A stretch of 64,000 nucleotides of DNA from Octopus sinensis (lineage: Eukaryota): positions 966 to 64,965 of the forward strand of contig NW_021831871.1 of the NCBI RefSeq assembly GCF_006345805.1, in the 5' to 3' direction. Under the pieces are notes generated by a model. It searched no databases, had not been told where the DNA came from, and saw only the letters and a program-made list of their open reading frames with translations. Shown piece by piece: positions 55,751 through 64,000 of the stretch (position 1 is the first letter of the stretch; each line of letters begins with the position of its first letter). The position numbers and the translations under genes were made by a program.

Positions 55751-56509
55751 TGGTGCTCAAAAGGGGTGTCAAAGATCACAAAAGCAGCAAATCTCTTTGA
55801 TAAGCAGCTTCTTCAGTATTTCAATGGACAAATATTTAGCGAGGGAATTTCAAACCCTTGCTGCACCTCCAGCCTCCAACCTCTGCCTCCAACCTCCAGA
55901 CATTTCCACTTACCCTTACCTTCCTCTACCGCTCTTCCTCTCCCCACACCCCTTGAGCGTCTTTTATATACGACCACCTCCCACTCCCAATTTCCAAGAT
56001 CTCCTCTCTCACATCTTTACTCATAATCGAAAATCTCACAGCTTCTCGATTCTCTCTTCACCTTTTCTTCATTTAATCCTTTCATTTCTCTCTTGTTCAA
56101 TATTTCTCTATGTCTTCCTATGCATGTATGTATTTATGTATGTATGTATGCATGTAAATGTATGTATGTATGCATGTATATGTATGTATGTATTCATGTA
56201 TGCATGTAGTATGTATGCATTTATATGTATATATGTATGAATGTATGCATGTATGTATTATGTATTAACGTATGTATGTATATATATATATGTATGTATG
56301 CATGCATGTATGCATGTATGTGCGTATGCATGCATGTATTTGTATGTAAGCATGTTTGTGTGTATATATGTATGCATGTATGCATGCATGAATGTATGTG
56401 CGTATTTACGTATGCATATATGTCTATGTATATGTAAATGTATGCATATATATGTATGCATACATGTATGTAAGTATCTCTCTGCTTATCTCTCTGTCTA
56501 TATATCTAT

Positions 56510-56553
<44 letters not shown>

Positions 56554-56570
56554 ATATATATATATATATT

Positions 56571-56605
<35 letters not shown>

Positions 56606-56782
56606 TATATATATATATATATATATTATACATATATATAATTTTACAAACGCCTAACACGTACAAACACATATACAGATGAATATAGTTCGCTTATTTA
56701 ATATATCACACACAAACCCATATATATTATATATATATAATTATATATATATATAACTACATATATATATATAACACACACA

Positions 56783-56828
<46 letters not shown>

Positions 56829-57121
56829 TAAGATATTGCATATGTATATATATATGTGCATACATATATATGTATATATATGTATGTGTATAATTGTATA
56901 TACTCGTATACATTCAACTAGGTTTGTATGTACAATAAAAGCACATACAGGCATCCGCACACAGACCCGCCTATACATACTTGATATCTTCCGTGCTTCT
57001 TGCATCATGCGGCCCTTATGTTTGAGTAATGTACGCGGACAGTGCTTTATACCTGTACGAATGTGTGTATGAGCTTATACATACATGTACATGTGCATGG
57101 ATATATGCACATAGCTACATC

Positions 57122-57152
<31 letters not shown>

Positions 57153-57497
57153 ATATATATACATATATATATACTATATATATATATACATATACATACG
57201 TACTTATATATATATACATATACATATATACATATATATATATGCATATACATATATACATATATATATATGCATATATATATATATATATATATATGCA
57301 TATACATATATATATGTATGCAAATTGATGTATATATATGTGTGTGTGTTTGTGTTCGTATTTATGTCTACATACACATCCGTACATGTGTGTCTGTATA
57401 TATAATATATACACGAAGACACACACATATACTAGCATGCATACATATACATATTTGTCCAAGCCCGTGTGTGTTTATATGTATGTATATACCTCAC

Positions 57498-57558
<61 letters not shown>

Positions 57559-57988
57559 TATACATATACACATATGCAAATGCTCATGTATGTAAATACA
57601 TGTATATGTATATATACATATATACACATATATGCATATATATATATATATATATAGATATACATACACACACATACACATACACACACTCACACAAATA
57701 TACACACACATATATATATATATAAATATATACATATTTATATTTACATATATGTAGTATTACGAAGTTTTGATTTGAAGAGCAATCGCTTCAAACACAC
57801 TGGAACATATTGCCCCAGGCAGTGGCCATCTTCTTGGTTTGATGTCAAAGGCTTGCTGATCCTCATCTGTATTTTGTCGTTCCTTCATTTAACTCGTTCT
57901 TTCTTTTATTCCATCACTTCTCGTTATTATTGCTTGTTTTTATCCATTTTGTCTTCTTCTTCTTCTTCTTCTTCTTCTTCTTCTTCTT

Positions 57989-58035
<47 letters not shown>

Positions 58036-58147
58036 TTCTTCTTCTTCTTCTTTTCTTCTCCCTCCTCCTTTTCATTTTCCTCCTCTTCCGTGTCCCTATC
58101 TATTTTCTCCTTTGCTTACTCGCTGTTGTTATAATATTATTATTATT

Positions 58148-58225
<78 letters not shown>

Positions 58226-58767
58226 GAATGATAGAATAATAATGATAATAATAATAATAAAATAATAATAATATAACAATAATAATATAATAATAATAAT
58301 AATTATTATTATTTATTATTATTATTATTATTTATTATTATTTATTATTATTATTATTATTCTCATTTTATTATTATCATTATTATTATTATTTATTATT
58401 ATTTATTATTATTATTATTATTGGCACAAATGTGGCTGGCATGCAAGCATTCGTCCCACTCTTTTGCATATGACTCTCCGTTCAGATTGAACAAGGTGGC
58501 GTGGTTGTGTCATAAATGTCTGGATATTGAAGCACGGATAATGTTTCTTGACCGACGGATACCTAGTAGTTTTAAAACCAAACAACACCAAAAGTGACGC
58601 CTTCAGATTTTCAGGCTAGGGGTCTTTTATTCACTGGGCTTGTCTGGCAGCAACACTCAAGCACTTTGAAGCATTTTTAGGAATGATTCCTTTTTTTAGT
58701 GCTAGTAGGTGACGGGAATTCCGTATTAGACGCACGCTGAAATGGTATCGGTGTATCTGATACACTG

Positions 58768-59108
58768 CGAAAGCACATAGCTTAGTGGTTAGAACATCAG
58801 ACGCACAAACATGCAGTAATGAGTTCGACTCCCGGACTGGGCTGTGTGTTGTATTCTTGAGCACGACGCTTATTTTATGTTTCTCCAGACCATTCATCTG
58901 TAGAAATGAGTTGCAACATCACTGGTGCCAAGCTATATCGGTTTTTCCCTTTCCCTTGCATTACATTGGTGGCATTAAAAGGGAAGGCTGCTATGCAAAG
59001 GCGACTGCTGGTCTTCCATAAACAACCTTGCCCGGATTGATTCTTTGGAGAGAAACTTTGTAGGTGCAATGCCATGGTCATTCATGACTGAAGGGAGTCT
59101 TTTATCTT
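58768..59108 (+). mobile_element. Diverged tRNA-headed SINE
   Basis: TAGCTTAGTGGTTAG A box, GAGTTCGACTCCC B box, TTGTATTCTTGAGCA core. Confidence 0.75.
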
Positions 59109-60995
59109 ATACTATGGGTGGGTGAGAAAACCTCGCAAAATCTCCGTAGATCATTCCCACTAGATTTCCTGAATATGCGCCAGGGGTGAATCACATTTAT
59201 TAATTTTGTAACGTTCGTTCTATTAGTCTGCACTTTGATTTCACAGTCCATTGAGGACATCTTTACCTCTTTAACGTGGTTGAGGAGCTTAAAACGTTTC
59301 GGATAAGAGTCTGTCTTCGAGAAGAAATAAAAAGAAAATTTTCTACGTCCCTACTCAATGAATACACACACACGCACGCACACACACACACACACACACG
59401 CGCGCATACACACACGCGCGCACAGACACACACACATGCACACACACACACACACACTCACACACACAAACACACACACACAAACAAACAAACACTCGCA
59501 CACACACCTGCCATGGGGGTCACAAATGTGATATAAAGAAGAATATTGCTCATATATTTTCATTTGCGGAAACATGTATCCAGTAATATAAAAACTAGCA
59601 ATTTCGCCAAGGTCGACTTTGCCTTTCATCCTTTCGGAGTCGAGAAATTAAATTATCAGTTATGTACTGGGGTCGATCTAATCGACTAGCATCCCTTCCC
59701 CAGAAATTTTGGGCCTTGTGCCTAGAGTAGAAAAGAAAAGTATATAAAAACTAGCATCGTGAGTGTCTAACAGTATTAGAAAACGCTACTGCATATTGCC
59801 TTCTACCTGAGAGAAGTGTGCTTCTTGCAAAATTCCAGATACCTAGGTGCAAAACTGTTGCCAACGAATTGAAAGCCCGTTTTGTATTAAGAGACAGGGT
59901 TACGAATGGTAGTTTAGATGGCAGGAATAAAATAGAATGCAATAGAAAATAAAAATAACATCTCTGTGAAGGTTTTTTTTTTATACTTGTACACATTAAT
60001 ATTGTAAATAAGTTAGGAATTAAACTAAAAGTGACAGTAAGAAACAGAAATTTAAGCAAAAACATCCTCGTAAATGAGTGACTCAGGGGATATGATATTC
60101 TGGGACCGAATATGATGCGTTAATGCTTGTATTTCTTTGTGTGTGGTGGCCTCTGGTGGGCGGACTTACCGTTTATCGATAGGGCATCGCTGGCTTTGTT
60201 AAGTGATGTCGTATATAATATTGTTCAACTTGCATCTGTAATTTCGGATGATTTTGGATCGGTCATTGCTGTGGTTTTGATGATAACAAGACACGTGTAA
60301 TACAAACGGTGATTGAACACGAATGCACCTGGTTGTATATGGTTACGAGAACTTCTAAATGACATTCTTATCTCTCTTGGAAAAGTAAAATAGAGATGTG
60401 AAACAAATCGGGGTGAAAAAAGGGTCAGAGAATAGAAACTAGAAGTTGGAAGAAAGGGGTATTTTAATGGGTTGAGTAGAAATTAAAGAAGGGCGGGCTC
60501 CAGTTAGTAGAGATGAATATAGCGGGTAAGTTAGGGATGATTTGCTTAGTTTCATGGCTAAGGGAATTGTGGGAACCACAACTTACACAGGGTGCCTATG
60601 GTTGAAGAAGGGGACTGTTTCTAAAGATCTGAAGTTGAAATTTGCATAGTCAGCGAATTTGAAGAACTGGAAGAACAGGATGGTGACTTAGGTGTATCTG
60701 GGGATAAGAAAAGGATGATAAAAGTGAGATTCAGTAGACAATTAGTGGACGGAAGTGAACAACTGGAGGTTGTTGTTAGCGATCGACTAGTGTCAGGTAC
60801 TCCAGTGTGAAACGGAGTAGAGTAAAAAGATTACACTATCGATCGAATTAGTCTTTGGTGTGTATCTTAACACCTTGGTGGTTATCATTATAGAATCTAT
60901 ACAGCTATGGTGGAAATCCAGTGAACTGGAGAAAAGTATTTTTTTTAAATGTCATAGAAAATGGTTTGCCTAGTAATTGCCCACCTTAGTACATA

Positions 60996-61168
60996 CAGCA
61001 ATTCCGCTGACATGCACGGAAAACTTACCAGAAATGAAGGAGAAACCGAAGATACGGATGAGTTCTGAAAGGTGGAGAAGAATAACAGTTTTAGTTACAA
61101 GTAGGAGTGATGATCGAGGAAGGGTTTACTCCCCCACTGTATTCAAATGCATGTCAGCGGAATTGCTG
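60996..61168. mobile_element. 173-bp MITE, Tc1/mariner-like
   Basis: TA-CAGCAATTCCGCTGACATGCA...TGCATGTCAGCGGAATTGCTG-TA. The perfect inverted repeat extends to 26 bp if flanks are included. Confidence 0.75.
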
Positions 61169-61398
61169 TATGTGATAAAGAATGAGAAATGCATTTCTTT
61201 CTTTCCGCGAAGAAAGACCGTCATCCGAAACATCAGAAACTACTATCCCAATTTAAACATTTATCACCCTCTTTCTCCTCTTCTCACCCTCACGCTCTCC
61301 TTCCCTCCCTCCCTCCTTCTCTCTCTCTTTCTCTGTATATGCTTGTGCGTATGTTTGTGCATAAATGCGTATGCGTGCGTGTGTGTGTGTGTGTGTGT

Positions 61399-61434
<36 letters not shown>

Positions 61435-61613
61435 TGTGCGTGTTTTTGTGTGTGTGTATGTGTGCACCCGTGTGCAACGATTCCCGAAACTTTGCCTTCC
61501 TCTACGTTATTATGAGCTTGCTTATCTTTATATGTTTTCTCTCAGACTATATATCTTGGGTGCAGGCGTAGATCTTTGTACTCCTAATGACAAGCGTCTA
61601 TGCGTTTATAGGC

Positions 61614-61649
<36 letters not shown>

Positions 61650-62549
61650 ATGTGTGTGTGCATGTGTGTGTGTGCGTGTGTGTGTGTGTATACGTATATT
61701 TATATATGAATGTATGTATGTATCTCTGTGACTATGTTTGTGTGTGCAGATTTCACCGCAAATGAGTGTATTTGCCTTCGTAGTCGCGTATGCTTCAGAG
61801 ATAGAAAAACCCCGGATAGAAAAGACTGGTAGGAGGAGAAAAAGGTGGAAAGGAGAAAAAGGAAATAAGGGGATAAAAACAGAGGGAAAGACACAGCCAA
61901 TGTACGAGTATAATTTACTTCATGTGAGGCATGTTGTTGTGCAATTATGCATGTGTAGCTGTGTCTGTAGCTGCATATACATGTCTGCTGTGAGGATGAT
62001 TTAAATGAGAAACAATTGATCTCGCTCGTAAACGTTTTCTACTTGCCTTATCTGAATGCACGCGATTACAAACACACACACACGAACACACACATGTACA
62101 TACACACAAGAAACATATGGTGAGTTAAGACGTACGCACACTTATATACATGCATATACATATATGCATACATACATATATACATACATGCATACATACA
62201 TATATACATATACATACACAAACACATATATACGATAATCATAGATGTATATACGTATATATATATATATATGCATCTATGTATATATATGTATGTATAC
62301 ATACATACACACACATATATATATATATACATACATGCATACATATATATATATATATATATATATACACAAACATACATATTTAGCTCTTCTTTACATA
62401 GAGATAAATATATCATGTAAGTATATATATATATGTATGTATATATGTATACATACATATGTATGTATATATATGTGTATGTATGTATACATACATATAT
62501 ATATATACGTAGATGCATATATATATGTATATACATCTATTTATATATG

Positions 62550-62583
<34 letters not shown>

Positions 62584-62759
62584 GCTTTGCTGCATATATA
62601 TATATATGTGTATGTATGTAGTTATATACATGCATATGTGAAAAAGAGAGAGAGAGAAATAGTGTGTGCCTGTCCATGTGTTTGTGGTGTTTGTGTGTGT
62701 GCGCGTGTGGGCGTGCGAATGTATCAATATAGGGACGAAATTATGTAGTAACTAATTCA

Positions 62760-62990
62760 CCCCCGTCAGCTTAGCACACCATTTTTGCCTCTTTACATGT
62801 ACGACAGCTTACGCAGGCGGCGCATGCGTACGTTTATTTCTATCGATCTGCGGAGCCAGCCGAGCGTGCTGACCGGTAATTTGCGAGAAGTGCAATAATT
62901 GACAGCTATAGAAAGAAAAGATACTACTCTGGTCTGCCTTTTTGAAACTATAACAAGTCTTTTCAAAATGGCCGACGAACTGTATGCTGC
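62760..62990. promoter_or_regulatory. Candidate promoter: CpG-rich unique island with NRF1-like and YY1-like motifs
   Basis: GCGCATGCGT at about 62820 and CAAAATGGCCGAC at about 62964, in non-repetitive sequence enriched in GC and CpG. Confidence 0.4.
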
Positions 62991-63432
62991 TTGTTAGATA
63001 TTTATGGTGTGTTTTTTTCCTTTATATTTCCATAATATTTTTGCCTAATGCTTTATTTTTCTGTATATATTTTGTAATGAATCGTTCACCAGAAACATTT
63101 ATTTAAGCTTGTTTCCTCCTTTTCCGCGTTTAGTTGTTGGGGAATAGCAATAAGATCAAATGCTAAAATGGGACAGAATAAATGTATGTCTTTTTCTGTG
63201 TGTGCAAATGTATATGTGTCTGTGTTTGTGTATTTCTCTGTGTGTGTTCATGTTTTCCGCAATTCTGTGTTTGTGTGAAACACTTCACACGCACGTCTAC
63301 ATTTTTACAGCAGATTGCTAGTGGATAGATTAGAAGCAAGTGTTGTTCGTGTATATTTACACACGCACACATGCATTAAATACTCAGCATTTGGATTTCA
63401 AGAATACACTATACAGTAGGTGTATGTCTGCA

Positions 63433-63479
<47 letters not shown>

Positions 63480-64000
63480 AATATATATAATATAGGCATA
63501 TATATCTGTATATGTTTTATATATAGTGTGTTTATATATATATATATATATATATATTTATACATACATATAAATTCTCTCTCTCTCACAATCTCCCTCT
63601 CTCCCTTTCTTTCTCTCTTTCTTCCCTTCTTTCTTTCTTTCTCTCTCTCTCTTTACCTCTCTCTCTATCTCTCCGAATATATACATATATACAGAGGGAG
63701 ATAGGTAGATAACATATATGCGCATGTGTGCACATGTGCGTGGGAGTATGTGTGTTTTTATTTATGTTTATATATATATGTATATGCATGTATATTAATA
63801 TATAAATATATATTTATATATTAATATATAAATATACATAAATGTATAGATGTATATAAAAGGATACGTATGTGTAGAAATGTATATGTGTTTGTGTAAA
63901 CGTATATGTGCGTGTGTGCGTGTATGTGCTTGTGCGTACGTGTGTGCATGTATGTGTGTACGTATCTCTAGTAAAAATTAGTCAGGTATGGAAACAACCA

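Noticed and set aside
54965-55800. Poly-Asp and poly-Met/Val ORFs
   Set aside because: Trinucleotide low-complexity DNA with no domain or splice support.
59750-60900. Possible decayed LINE ORF1/APE region on the minus strand
   Set aside because: Only vague compositional resemblance, with no motif I can defend.
60977-61765. 262-aa ORF
   Set aside because: A chance read-through of a MITE plus CT/GT microsatellites.

Overview
AT-rich eukaryotic non-coding DNA, intergenic or intronic. The SINE repertoire and very high microsatellite load suggest an octopus or other cephalopod genome (inference). I can support no host protein-coding exon, and nearly all short ORFs in the track are translations of (TA)n, (TG)n, (TATG)n, (TAA)n, (GAT)n or (CTAT)n repeats. 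The window is a dense set of nested mobile elements. (1) R4/Dong-type site-specific non-LTR retrotransposons (RT, CCHC finger, restriction-like endonuclease) from several families are stacked in one orientation inside (TAA)n tracts, together with a ~550-bp non-coding passenger element. (2) There are several tRNA-headed SINE families. (3) There are MITEs and decayed DNA transposons. (4) There is a Penelope-like GIY-YIG remnant. (5) The most notable feature is a set of non-coding elements sitting in or beside (TA)n tracts, arranged as tandem and inverted repeats, that carry type I hammerhead-ribozyme motifs with palindromic stem III. One forms a ~554-bp head-to-tail array, the architecture of a retrozyme that could yield circular RNA. 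Coordinates were read by eye and may be off by a few bases.
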